Shown in pieces: positions 9,163 through 17,999 of a stretch of 64,000 nt of DNA (position 1 is the stretch's first letter; the number at the start of each line of letters is the position of its first letter). The notes beneath the pieces are model-generated. The model was not told the origin of the DNA. It ran no database searches and saw only the letters and a program-made list of their open reading frames with translations. The stretch comes from an uncultured Actinomycetota bacterium (GTDB lineage Bacteria; Actinomycetota; Actinomycetes; Streptosporangiales; Streptosporangiaceae), in assembly GCA_963815575.1 (NCBI GenBank), contig CAWFHE010000004.1, forward strand, positions 133,748 to 197,747, read 5' to 3'. The translations under genes were made by a program, and so were the position numbers.

Positions 9163-9873
9163 TCAGGGTAACTGGCGATCACCGCCGGTGCGGCGCGGCC
9201 GCTGCGCGGGCGTCCGGAGCATCGGCGGGTACAGCAACTCGGCGCTGCCTCGCCGGTATACCTGAGCTGGCCGGCCGCCTCCGGAGGACGTCACCGCGCC
9301 GGTCTCGACCAGGAAGTCGCGGGCACCAGTGACCTTCCGGTGGAAGTTGCGCGGGTCCAGGAGCACGCCCCAGACGATCTCATAGACCCGGCGCAGCTCG
9401 GCGACAGTGAACTCGTCCCGGCAGAACGCCGCGGCCAGGGCTGTGTACTCAAGCTTGGAGCGGGCGCGCTCCACTCCGTCAGACAAGATTCGCTCGTGGT
9501 CGAAGGCCATCTGGGTCAGGGTCAGGGTGCTGACAGGCTGCCAGCTCATCTGCGGCGTATCCGGCGCGGGCAGGTCCGGCGCCAGACCGAGATAGGCCAC
9601 TGACACAGCCCGTCTGGTCGGGTCCCGGTCCGGGTAGCCATAGGTCTGCAACTGCTCGAGATGGACCGCATCGCCAGGCAGCCCGGCACGCTCGCGCAGC
9701 ACCCTGGCCGCAGCAGCCGGCAGGTCCTCATCCAGCCGGATGAACCCGCCGGGCAAGGCTTGCATCCCGGCATAAGGCTCAGAATCCCGGCGCCATGCCA
9801 GCGTGGCGAGCTGCCCGCCCCGTACCGTCAGGATGACGAGGTCGACGCTGACACCGATTCTTGGCACGGTCAC
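9163..9873 (-). CDS. NUDIX hydrolase with C-terminal winged-helix domain (NrtR-like regulator)
   Basis: 236 aa. It has the Nudix-like box '[26 protein letters not shown]', and a C-terminal '[15 protein letters not shown]...DPRNFHRKV' typical of NrtR-type ADP-ribose-responsive repressors. Confidence 0.7.
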   Translation of the reverse strand: MTVPRIGVSVDLVILTVRGGQLATLAWRRDSEPYAGMQALPGGFIRLDEDLPAAAARVLRERAGLPGDAVHLEQLQTYGYPDRDPTRRAVSVAYLGLAPDLPAPDTPQMSWQPVSTLTLTQMAFDHERILSDGVERARSKLEYTALAAAFCRDEFTVAELRRVYEIVWGVLLDPRNFHRKVTGARDFLVETGAVTSSGGGRPAQVYRRGSAELLYPPMLRTPAQRPRRTGGDRQLP

Positions 9874-10004
9874 AGTGGCACCGTAGCGCTGGAACGGCGG
9901 GAAGTGGCGGCGGCGGACAGACCTGGCTTACGAGCGCGACATGCCGGCCCGGGCGTGCTCAGCCGGCGCTGGTGAGGCTGATTCGTCCAAGTTAGAATTA
10001 CCGG

Positions 10005-10370
10005 GTGAACCGACTTGGGGAGCTTGAGCGCGCCATAATGGATGTGCTCTGGGAGACCGCCGACCCGCTGAGTGTGCGCGAGGTGAGCGGTCTGCTCACC
10101 GATCGCGACCTGGCGCACACGACAGTGATGACCGTGCTCGACCGGCTGGCGAAGAAGGGTTTCGCCCGGCGGGAGCGCAACGGCCGTGCTTGGCACTACC
10201 GGGCCGCAGAAAGCCGGGAAGCATACGTGACCGAGCTCATGTTGAGCGCGCTGGACCAGACCGGGGACCGGCAGGCCGCGCTGGCGAGATTCGCCCGCAG
10301 CGTGTCCGGCACCGAGGCCCAGACGCTGCTTCGGGCCCTGGGAGCGCTCGGCGGGGCTGCCCGAGGGTGA
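10005..10370 (+). CDS. BlaI/MecI/CopY family transcriptional repressor
   Basis: 121 aa. 'LGELERAIMDVLWE...LSVREV...TTVMTVLDRLAKKGF' is the canonical winged-helix of this family. Confidence 0.85.
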   Translation: MNRLGELERAIMDVLWETADPLSVREVSGLLTDRDLAHTTVMTVLDRLAKKGFARRERNGRAWHYRAAESREAYVTELMLSALDQTGDRQAALARFARSVSGTEAQTLLRALGALGGAARG

Positions 10371-10374
10371 CACA

Positions 10375-11316
10375 GTGTCGGCCACCGTCCTTATTCTCGC
10401 CGCCGTCGCGGTCGGCTGCGTTCCGGCAGCAAGCGTCCTCGCTGCCGCGTCGTGGCCGCGGCGCGCGCCCGCAGCCGCGATCTTGCTCTGGCAGGCTCTT
10501 GGCCTCGGGTGGGGCCTCGCCGCCATCGGGGCTCTCATCGGCTTCGGGGTCAGCTCTCAGGGCGCAGTAGCCACCGGCGCTCTGCGGCAGCTGGCCAGCA
10601 TTGCCAGGACCGGAAGCCCGCCCCCGGTGGCCGACCTGGCCGGCGCGGTGCGGATGTTGTGCCTGGTCGCCGGGATCGTGTTGCTCGGCGTTTTGTGCTG
10701 GATCTTGCTGGCAGCATCGGCCTCGGTGGTGCGCGCCCGGCAGCGCCAGCGCGAGCTGCTCAGCCTGCTGGCGCGGGGCGACCCTAAGGTTCCGGGCGCA
10801 CTGGTCGTCGACCACCCGGCCGCAGCCGCGTACTGTCTGCCCGGCCTGCGGTCGGCCATTGTTATCAGCGCCGGAACGCTCGACCTGCTCGACGCGGATG
10901 AGCTCGCGGCGGTGCTCGCGCACGAACGGGCGCACCTGCGAGAGCGGCATGATCTCGTACTGCTGCCGTTCCTCGCACTGCTTCGTGCCTTCCGCTGGGC
11001 TGAGGTAGCTCGGCAGGCCTACCGCGCGGTTGGACTGCTCATCGAGATGCACGCCGACGACCGCGCGCTGCGGCAGCGCCCGGCAAGGGAGCTGGCGACA
11101 GCGCTATTGCGGGTGGGGGCCGCTGGTGGCGGGGCCGTGCCGTCAGGCGCTCTCGGGGCCACACGCCGAGCGGAGGAGTGCGAGGTCGCGGCGAGAGTAA
11201 TCAGGCTGCTGCGACCCGCTCCCGGATTGAGCAATGCGGCACTTGCAGCCATCATCACGGTTTCGGCCGCGATCGCGGCGGTCCCGGCTGCATTGCTGGT
11301 CCTTCCGCTACGCTGA
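10375..11316 (+). CDS. M56 family (BlaR1-like) membrane metallopeptidase
   Basis: 313 aa with N-terminal transmembrane segments and the zinc motif 'HERAH' at 'LAHERAHLRERHD'. It lies directly downstream of the BlaI-like gene. Confidence 0.8.
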   Translation: MSATVLILAAVAVGCVPAASVLAAASWPRRAPAAAILLWQALGLGWGLAAIGALIGFGVSSQGAVATGALRQLASIARTGSPPPVADLAGAVRMLCLVAGIVLLGVLCWILLAASASVVRARQRQRELLSLLARGDPKVPGALVVDHPAAAAYCLPGLRSAIVISAGTLDLLDADELAAVLAHERAHLRERHDLVLLPFLALLRAFRWAEVARQAYRAVGLLIEMHADDRALRQRPARELATALLRVGAAGGGAVPSGALGATRRAEECEVAARVIRLLRPAPGLSNAALAAIITVSAAIAAVPAALLVLPLR

Positions 11317-11403
11317 CACGGCAAGCGGCCGGGCCCCCGATCCGGGGTCCGGCCGCTGCCATCCCACTTCCCTCGCTCGGTAACTACCCCGCGCTCGGCC
11401 CGG

Positions 11404-12339
11404 TTATCCGGCGCCAGGCGATGCGCTCGGGTTCGGCGTGCCCGCGGAATAGGTGCAGGCGCTAAGCGGCCAGGTGCTGCTGGCCCACAACAGGACTTGG
11501 CCGGGAGCCCACGGCACGGCCTGGTAGACGTACCAGTTGCCGGGCAGCGTGGGCCGGCTCACCGTCAGGCAGCCGCGAGCGCGCTGAACTCGCCATTGCG
11601 GCACGGTCACATCGCGTCTGGCCAGTAGCCGCAACACCGCGTCCACCGTCCTGCCAACGAACCGCAAGCCGTGCATGGCCTCGCCAGGTGCAGTCGCCGA
11701 TCCGGCCGACTGGTACTGCTCACCCGGCCGGGCCGTCCGGCCGAACACCACTGTGGCCGACCCGCGGAAGCCGAGCGCCACCCGCACTCCCACCGGGCAG
11801 ACGTTGCCTCCGCCGCCGGTGAAGCACTTGCCCACAGCTGTGATCGGCTTGATCTGGCTACTGTCAGCTGCGGGATAGCTGGCGTAGACCACTGAACCGA
11901 CTATCGACGGCGACGCTGGCACCAGTCGCAGGCTGATGTGGAGGTGATACTTGGCGAACTCGGCCCGGTAGCGCTTCGGATCCGCCACCGGGTTCCGCAC
12001 GATTACATCGAGGTAGTGACCGTGGCGGGTCACGGACAGCACGGCTGCCTGCGCTTTTGCCGGGCCGAGCGGCAGCGGCCCGACGTGCTGGCCCGGCGAG
12101 GCCAGCGAGGTGGCGAGCAGCCCGGCCACTGCCAGGCAGGTGGCGACGGGCAGGCCAGCTAGCAGGCTGCGGCGCAGCGTGCGGCGCCGGCTGGCGCGGG
12201 CGGTGGCGGCTAGGGGGCGCGGGTCCGGCGCCGGGACCGCGGCGATGATCTCGTCGGCGAGAGCGGCGAGCGTACTGGCCTGAGCCAGCGTGGCTGCTTC
12301 CGCGTCAGTGACCGGAGATAGCTGGCTGATCGGATTCAT
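11404..12339 (-). CDS. membrane protein co-transcribed with an ECF sigma factor (putative anti-sigma factor, no ZAS motif)
   Basis: 311 aa with a single predicted TM segment ('LLAGLPVATCLAVAGLLATSLA'). Its ATG overlaps the sigma-factor stop (ATGA at 12336-12339). Confidence 0.5.
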   Translation of the reverse strand: MNPISQLSPVTDAEAATLAQASTLAALADEIIAAVPAPDPRPLAATARASRRRTLRRSLLAGLPVATCLAVAGLLATSLASPGQHVGPLPLGPAKAQAAVLSVTRHGHYLDVIVRNPVADPKRYRAEFAKYHLHISLRLVPASPSIVGSVVYASYPAADSSQIKPITAVGKCFTGGGGNVCPVGVRVALGFRGSATVVFGRTARPGEQYQSAGSATAPGEAMHGLRFVGRTVDAVLRLLARRDVTVPQWRVQRARGCLTVSRPTLPGNWYVYQAVPWAPGQVLLWASSTWPLSACTYSAGTPNPSASPGAG

Positions 12340-12899
12340 GCGTAACCTCCGTTCGTGACACGAGGATGGTGCGGCGGCCGGGCCGCGTACTTGTCGAACT
12401 CGGCGGCGAACCTGCGCCTGGCCCGGTGCAGCCGGATCCTGGCCGCGTTGCGGGAGCAGCCGAGTACCGCAGCGATCTGCCCCGGGTCGAGTCCCTCCCA
12501 GGCGGACAGCGCCAGCAGTTCGCGGTCCGAGTCGGGCACGCTGCGCATGGCGGCCGCGATGTCGGCTAGCTCGCCGCCCTGCTCCGGTGGCCGGTAGCTC
12601 ACGGCCAGGTCGGCCTTCAGCCGGTCGGCGAGAGCCAGCCGGCGCCGCTCTCCGCGGCGCTGATTGGCCAGTACGCGCCGGGCGGTGCCGTACAGCCAGA
12701 GCCTGGCCTGCGCGCCCGGCGGAACCTCGTCGAGCCGGCGCCAGGCGATCAGAAAGGTCTCAGCCAGCACGTCAGCGGCATCGTCGGTGTTGTCCGTTCG
12801 CCGCAGGGCATACCCGAGCAACGGCACGTGGTGCGCCGCGTACAACTCCTCGAACCGGTGTGCTCGCTCGGCGGTGACGACGTCAGGCGGCGATAGCAA
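12336..12899 (-). CDS. ECF-type RNA polymerase sigma-70 family factor
   Basis: 187 aa. Region 2 reads 'DAADVLAETFLIAWRRL' and region 4 reads 'LLALSAWEGLDPGQIAAVLGCSRNAARIRLHRARRRF'. Confidence 0.9.
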   Translation of the reverse strand: MLSPPDVVTAERAHRFEELYAAHHVPLLGYALRRTDNTDDAADVLAETFLIAWRRLDEVPPGAQARLWLYGTARRVLANQRRGERRRLALADRLKADLAVSYRPPEQGGELADIAAAMRSVPDSDRELLALSAWEGLDPGQIAAVLGCSRNAARIRLHRARRRFAAEFDKYAARPPHHPRVTNGGYA

Positions 12900-13046
12900 G
12901 ATTGCTCCTAATGAGTCCTAGCGGGTCCGCCATCCGGCAGACTCGGAGTGTGGTGGCCGCCGGCAGGTGAGCACTTTGTGCTCCTGGGTTTTGAGCCCTG
13001 ACGAAAGATCGTGCCCCTGCCGGTGACCGGGGAGAGTTGATCGCTG

Positions 13047-14396
13047 CTGGGATGTCGTGCCCGCCTGCTGGCGTGAGCACTGTTTCATTAGGTCGCTGAT
13101 GGTTCTCCCGCAGGCTGCTGGCTTGATTCGACATCGTTGACGGGAGTGCCGATGCGGCTGTATGTGGGTGATGACTGGGCCGAAGATCATCACGACATCG
13201 AGGTGATGAACGAGTCCGGGAAGGTGCTGGCGAAAAGGCGGCTGCCGGAGGGCGTGGCCGGGATAGCGCAGCTGCATGAGCTGATCGGCCGGTACCCGGG
13301 CGAGGATGACGTGGATGCGGAGGTGGTGGTCGGGATCGAGACCGACCGCGGCCCGTGGGTGGCCGCCCTGGTCGCGGCCGGGTATGCGGTGTTCCCGGTG
13401 AACCCGCTGCAGGCCTCGCGGTACCGGGAACGGCACGGCGTTTCGGGAGCCAAAAGCGACGGCGGCGACGCGCACATGCTCGCCGACATGGTGCGCACTG
13501 ATTCCCGCCAGCTGCGCCCGGCAGCGGGTGACTCCGCTGCGGCGGAGGGCATCAAGGTGGTGGCCCGGATGCACAAGACGATGATCTGGGAACGTACCCG
13601 CGGGGTGCAGCGGCTGCGGCATCAGCTGCGGGAGTACTTCCCGGCTGCGCTGGCGGCGTTCGAGGACCTGGACGCCCCCGACGCCCTGGAGCTGCTGGGC
13701 AGGGCGCCGGATCCGTCCCGGGCCGCGAAGCTGACCCGCGCGCAGATCTCGGCGGCGCTCAAGCGCGCCCGCCGCCGTGACATCGCCGGCAAGACCGACG
13801 CGATCCTGGCGGCGCTGCGCGGCGAGCAGCTGGGCCAGCCGCCGGCCCTGACCGCCGCCTATTCCGCCACTGTCCGCTCCCTGATCGCGGTGATCACGAC
13901 CCTGAACGAGCAGGTCAAGGTCCTGCAAGGGCAGGTGGGGGAGCATTTTGGCCAGCACCCGGACGCTGAGATCTACCTGTCCCAGCCCGGCATGGGCGCA
14001 GTTCCGGGTGCCCGGGTGCTCGGCGAATTCGGCGACGACCCGCACCGCTACCGTGACGGCAAAGCCCGCAGGAACTACGCCGCCACCAGCCCGATCACTC
14101 GCGCGTCGGGGAAGAAGAAAGTCGTCGCCGCCCGTTTCATCCACAACGACCGGCTCGTTGACGCACTGAACGCGCAAGCCTTCGCCGCCCTGAAGGCCTC
14201 GCCCGGCGCCCGCGCCTTCTACGACGACCTCCGCGCTCGCGGAATCGAACACAACGACGCGCTGCGACGGCTGGCCAACAGACTCGTCGGCATCCTGCAC
14301 GGATGCCTCAAGACCAGGACCTGCTACGACGAAGCCACCGCCTGGTCTCACCGTGTCTCCGAACTCGCGGCTTGACATCTAAGCTCCTGGGATGTC
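13047..14396 (+). mobile_element. IS110-family insertion sequence (approximate ends)
   Basis: A single IS110-type transposase gene. It is flanked by an identical 10-mer CTGGGATGTC at 13047-13056 and 14387-14396, and sits between the ECF sigma gene and a PPOX-family gene. The exact termini were not determined. Confidence 0.6.
13152..14375 (+). CDS. IS110 family transposase
   Basis: The N-terminus 'MRLYVGDDWAEDHHDIEV' carries the DEDD-type catalytic region. The C-terminal block 'SQPGMGAVPGARVLGEFGDD...SGKK' is typical of IS110/IS1111 transposases. I chose the ATG at 13152, preceded by GGGAG. Confidence 0.9.
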   Translation: MRLYVGDDWAEDHHDIEVMNESGKVLAKRRLPEGVAGIAQLHELIGRYPGEDDVDAEVVVGIETDRGPWVAALVAAGYAVFPVNPLQASRYRERHGVSGAKSDGGDAHMLADMVRTDSRQLRPAAGDSAAAEGIKVVARMHKTMIWERTRGVQRLRHQLREYFPAALAAFEDLDAPDALELLGRAPDPSRAAKLTRAQISAALKRARRRDIAGKTDAILAALRGEQLGQPPALTAAYSATVRSLIAVITTLNEQVKVLQGQVGEHFGQHPDAEIYLSQPGMGAVPGARVLGEFGDDPHRYRDGKARRNYAATSPITRASGKKKVVAARFIHNDRLVDALNAQAFAALKASPGARAFYDDLRARGIEHNDALRRLANRLVGILHGCLKTRTCYDEATAWSHRVSELAA

Positions 14397-14541
14397 TTTC
14401 GACACCGGTTACATGTCCGAGCGGGGCCGCGGCATTTCGGAACGAGCCGCAGCCTCCGGTAGTTGACTGCTGACAGGTCACCGTTGCTGCCCCGGGCCGC
14501 ATTCACGCGGCCAGGCACAGCCAAGCACGAGGAGCCAGATC

Positions 14542-14925
14542 ATGCCCGAAGTCACCCAGTCGCTGAGTCCCGAGGTCCTTGCTTACCTGCAGTCTCAGCG
14601 GCTTGGCCGGCTCGCCACGGTCGACAGCCGCGGCGCGCCGCAGAATAACCCGGTGGGGTTCCGCTACAACGCCGAACTGGGCACCATCGACGTCGGCGGC
14701 CGCAACATGGGCGCCAGCCGTAAGTTCGCGAACCTGGCAGGTAACCCCAGGGTGGCGTTCGTCGTCGACGATATCGCCTCGGTCCAGCCCTGGCGGGTGC
14801 GCTGCGTGGAGATCCGCGGGCATGCTGAAGCGCTGCGTGAGCAGGCCGGACAGCCGCAAGGATTCTCAGCGGAGATCATCCGAATCTACCCTGACCGGGT
14901 GATTAGCTTCGGCCTCGACGTCTAG
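14542..14925 (+). CDS. PPOX-class (pyridoxamine 5'-phosphate oxidase family) probable F420-dependent enzyme
   Basis: 127 aa. 'LATVDSRGAPQNNPVGFRYN...IDVGGRNMGASRKFANL..NPRVAFVVDD' matches the PPOX class F420-dependent family pattern. Confidence 0.8.
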   Translation: MPEVTQSLSPEVLAYLQSQRLGRLATVDSRGAPQNNPVGFRYNAELGTIDVGGRNMGASRKFANLAGNPRVAFVVDDIASVQPWRVRCVEIRGHAEALREQAGQPQGFSAEIIRIYPDRVISFGLDV

Positions 14926-14937
14926 CAGCGGCGCCGG

Positions 14938-15669
14938 TCAGTCGGCGATCTTGATCCGCAGCCGGCGGAAACCGCGGCCCTTGTTCTCGATCTTGGCGAC
15001 TTCGATCTTGCCGATGTGCTTGGTGCTTGCAACGTGCGTGCCGCCGTCGGCCTGCTGGTCCAGCCCGACGATGTCGACGATGCGAACCTCGGCAACGTCC
15101 TCAGGCACCAGATTCGTGGCGGTTCTGATGATGTCTGGCAACTGGAACGCATCGGCCCGCGGCAGCACCCGGACGTCGATCCGCCGGTCGGCGCTGATCT
15201 CGGCGTTACAGGCGGCCTCGACCGCATCACGGAATCCGTCCGGAAGCTCAGGCAGGTCGAAGTCCATCCGGGCGGCGAGCGGCTCCATGTTGCCGCCAGT
15301 CACGAGCGCGCCGTAATCGCGGAAAACCACCCCGCAGAGGACGTGCAGACCAGAGTGCGTGCGCATCAGGGCGGTCCGGCGATCGTCGGCGAGGGCACCG
15401 CGGACGGCCGTCCCGGCCGGCGGCACCGGGTCGCCGTCGGCAGGGATCAGATAGAGGTCGTCGCCCTTCCGTGCGCCCGCGATCCGGGTCTGCACGCCAC
15501 CCCAGAGAAGCACGCCTGCGTCCGGCGGCTGACCGCCACCGCCCGGATAGAACGCCGATCGGTCCAGGACGATGCCTTCTTCGCCGACGTGCAACACGAC
15601 GGCGTCCCATTCACGCAGCGTCTGGTCGGTGAGCTCGAGCCGGTGCGTGCGCCACTCAGATTCCGCCAT
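14938..15669 (-). CDS. alanyl-tRNA editing protein (AlaX-type, threonyl/alanyl-tRNA synthetase second additional domain)
   Basis: 243 aa. It has the zinc/editing motifs 'HSGLHVL' and 'GGTHV'. Confidence 0.85.
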   Translation of the reverse strand: MAESEWRTHRLELTDQTLREWDAVVLHVGEEGIVLDRSAFYPGGGGQPPDAGVLLWGGVQTRIAGARKGDDLYLIPADGDPVPPAGTAVRGALADDRRTALMRTHSGLHVLCGVVFRDYGALVTGGNMEPLAARMDFDLPELPDGFRDAVEAACNAEISADRRIDVRVLPRADAFQLPDIIRTATNLVPEDVAEVRIVDIVGLDQQADGGTHVASTKHIGKIEVAKIENKGRGFRRLRIKIAD

Positions 15670-15682
15670 GACAGCGATCCAA

Positions 15683-16021
15683 TCACCAGGGGCCGTACGG
15701 ACCCTGACGCTGGCCCGGCTTCATCGAGTTGATCTTCGGCCGGACATCGACGAGGTAGATCGCCGCGGCAACGAAGGCAATGATGGGGAACATGCTGATC
15801 AGGGTCAGGTAGCCGACTGCTCCCGCGATGCCGATCACGAAGGCGACTCCGAGAATAAGCAGCCAGATCGGCTTGGTCTGCTTGCCGGCCGCCGGGAAAG
15901 CCGTCTTCGGACGCCGCAGCGCGTCTCCGAACGCCCAGGCCTCGATCACAAACGCGCCTAGTAGCAACACCCAGAAGAACAGGTTGACGACCGACATGGC
16001 GGTCGGATCCGCAAAGGGCAT
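15683..16021 (-). CDS. DUF2516 family membrane protein
   Basis: 112 aa with three hydrophobic segments. 'AWAFGDALRRP..AF.AAGKQTKPIW' is characteristic of this actinobacterial family. Confidence 0.7.
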   Translation of the reverse strand: MPFADPTAMSVVNLFFWVLLLGAFVIEAWAFGDALRRPKTAFPAAGKQTKPIWLLILGVAFVIGIAGAVGYLTLISMFPIIAFVAAAIYLVDVRPKINSMKPGQRQGPYGPW

Positions 16022-16030
16022 GCCGATACG

Positions 16031-16651
16031 CTACCTGCTCCCGGCCGGCGGCGGGAACTGATGGATCGTGCCCCCGTGGCCAGTCTCCTGATCGATCTGC
16101 TGAGCCGGATCGCCCAGGTAGTCCTCGTCCTCGTCGTCGTCGTCGTCGTCGTCGTCGCTGTCGTCGGCCTCGGGGAACGCCGCGAGGGCCAGCCGGCGCG
16201 GCAGGCCAGCCAGGGCCGCGGGACTCAAGTTCTCCGGCCACGTCAGCGCCGCCTCGTCGGGCGCGAGGCCAGTCTCGTCATCGTCGAGTTCCGCCGCCTC
16301 GGCCCGAGCCACGGCGGTCTCCTTGCGGAAGGACTCGTAGACCTCGATCAGCATCTGCTTTTGCCGCTCGGTCAGCTCGGGATCAGTGAGCACAGCGTCC
16401 CTAACCACCGAGCCCGGAGCCCTGTCCTCGAGGAACCCGGCCTGCACATAAAGCGCCTCGGCTGAGATCCGAAGACCCTTGGCTATCTGCTGGAGGATGT
16501 CCGCACTCGGCCGCCGGAGGCCGCGCTCGATCTGGCTGAGGTACGGGTTCGAGATACCGGCCGACTGCGCCAGCTGGCGGAGCGAGATCTTGGCCTGCTC
16601 ACGCTGCTCCCTGATGTAGGCGCCGATGGCGCTTACGTTCACCGGGCTCAT
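16031..16651 (-). CDS. XRE-family helix-turn-helix transcriptional regulator with an acidic poly-Asp C-terminal tail
   Basis: I chose the ATG at 16651. The HTH reads 'ISLRQLAQSAGISNPYLSQIERGLRRPS'. The C-terminal tail reads 'EADDSDDDDDDDDEDEDY'. Confidence 0.85.
   Translation of the reverse strand: MSPVNVSAIGAYIREQREQAKISLRQLAQSAGISNPYLSQIERGLRRPSADILQQIAKGLRISAEALYVQAGFLEDRAPGSVVRDAVLTDPELTERQKQMLIEVYESFRKETAVARAEAAELDDDETGLAPDEAALTWPENLSPAALAGLPRRLALAAFPEADDSDDDDDDDDEDEDYLGDPAQQIDQETGHGGTIHQFPPPAGSR
16121..16167. repeat. (GTC)n trinucleotide run encoding the poly-Asp tract of the XRE regulator
   Basis: gtcctcgtcctcgtcgtcgtcgtcgtcgtcgtcgtcgctgtcgtc, read directly. Confidence 0.9.
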
Positions 16652-16675
16652 GAAATAAGTCTTGCACCGTGGTGC

Positions 16676-16687
16676 TTGCAATTGCAA
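16676..16687. promoter_or_regulatory. perfect 12-bp palindrome TTGCAATTGCAA upstream of the XRE regulator gene (candidate auto-operator)
   Basis: A perfect inverted repeat 25 nt upstream of the ATG at 16651, in the divergent intergenic region. Its function is inferred only. Confidence 0.3.
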
Positions 16688-16871
16688 ACGACGCGGCTAG
16701 CAGTGGCGATACTGGCCGCCGGGTGTCGTAATCAAGCTTCTTCTGGGTAGCGACATCTGATGATCGCTGGCGGCAGGAATTGCCCGGATCATGGCAAGCG
16801 TTACATAACAGGCAACTGTTGCCGGCGACGAGCTGTGTTACAGCACCGCCCACTGAGCGAGGGAGTCCGCT

Positions 16872-17885
16872 ATGCGCTGGCCGGCCGGCCGCCGCCCTAA
16901 GGCACAGCCAAGCGACGCGGTGTCGTCCCGCGGGCTGGGCGGCAAGCGCCGGCTGGTCGTCATTGCCGGCGTCTCCGCGGCGCTGCTGGTGTCCGTTGCC
17001 GGCGCCGCGTCGGCGGGCGTCTTCACCGGACGCGGCCAGGCAGCCGCAACCGGCACAGGCCACCCGCGGCCGCTGGCATCAGCGCCGCTGGCATCCGCCC
17101 GGCACAGTGCTGCAAAAGACCGTGCCGCAAAAGACAGTGCCGCACGAACCAGCGCCGCACGAACCAGCGCCGCACGAACCAGCGCCGCACGAACCAGCGC
17201 CGCACGAACCAGCGCGGCACGGCCCGAGGCCGGCCAGCACAGCCCGGACGAGAGGGCGCGTGTCGCGGACCGCACGTCGTGCACCTCGGTCGCGCATATC
17301 GGCGACTCCACCTCGGTCGGCATGGTGTCACCGCAGGAGCTGCCCGACGCGGCGCAGCGTCTGGCCGCGCAATACGACGACGTCGGGGTTCGCCGCGTCT
17401 TGATCAACGCGTCCGGTGGCCGGTCGATCGTCGAGCAACTGCCTGGCCAGCTCAACGGATATCGCGTTGCGAGCGGCTGGTACCAGGCTGGCTACCGTGG
17501 CTGCTGGGTCTTCGCGCTCGGTACCAATGACACCGCCAACGTGTCCGTAGGTTCGCCGGTCAGCATCGCGGCCAGGATCCAGGAAATGATGTCGGCCGCT
17601 CACGGCGAGCCGGTCATGTGGGTCAACACCGAGACGGACCTCAGCAGCGGCCCGTGGTCACTGGCCAACATGCAACTGTGGAACAACACACTCGTCGCGG
17701 CCTGCGCGGCCTATCCCAACATGCGGATCTTCAACTGGGCAGCGATGGTCCAGCCGGGCTGGCATCTGCCTGATGGCATCCATTACACGGCGGCGGGCTA
17801 CGCCATTCGTGCCCGCGCCATTGCCCGCGCCCTTGCCGGGGCATTCCCGGCTGACAGGCACCTCAGCGGCTGCGTCGTGAGCTAG
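16872..17885 (+). CDS. membrane-anchored SGNH/GDSL-type hydrolase
   Basis: 337 aa with an N-terminal TM segment ('LVVIAGVSAALLVSVAGAASAGVF'), a pentapeptide repeat linker, the SGNH block I 'VAHIGDSTS', and 'ALGTNDT' and 'DGIHYT' blocks. It is a paralog of the C-terminal domain of the next gene. Confidence 0.8.
   Translation: MRWPAGRRPKAQPSDAVSSRGLGGKRRLVVIAGVSAALLVSVAGAASAGVFTGRGQAAATGTGHPRPLASAPLASARHSAAKDRAAKDSAARTSAARTSAARTSAARTSAARTSAARPEAGQHSPDERARVADRTSCTSVAHIGDSTSVGMVSPQELPDAAQRLAAQYDDVGVRRVLINASGGRSIVEQLPGQLNGYRVASGWYQAGYRGCWVFALGTNDTANVSVGSPVSIAARIQEMMSAAHGEPVMWVNTETDLSSGPWSLANMQLWNNTLVAACAAYPNMRIFNWAAMVQPGWHLPDGIHYTAAGYAIRARAIARALAGAFPADRHLSGCVVS
17109..17217 (+). repeat. 15-bp tandem repeat (about 7 units, 5 near-perfect) encoding (AAKD[RS])2(AARTS)5
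   Basis: The unit gccgcacgaaccagc is repeated head to tail, inside the SGNH gene linker. Confidence 0.9.
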
Positions 17886-17922
17886 ACAGCGCGGGGAAAC
17901 GGCCGAGGTTGCGGTACATCTT

Positions 17923-17952
17923 TTGTCAATAACAATACGTAGTCAATAGACT
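17923..17952 (+). promoter_or_regulatory. candidate sigma-70-type promoter (-35 TTGTCA, 18-nt spacer, -10 TAGACT) for the acyltransferase gene
   Basis: It sits in an AT-rich island within an otherwise GC-rich region, about 50 nt upstream of the ATG at 18000. It is a match by eye only. Confidence 0.35.
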
Positions 17953-17999
17953 ACTCGGGGTAGTTCCCCCGCGCTGGATTCGCGACGCCAGGGGGGAAC

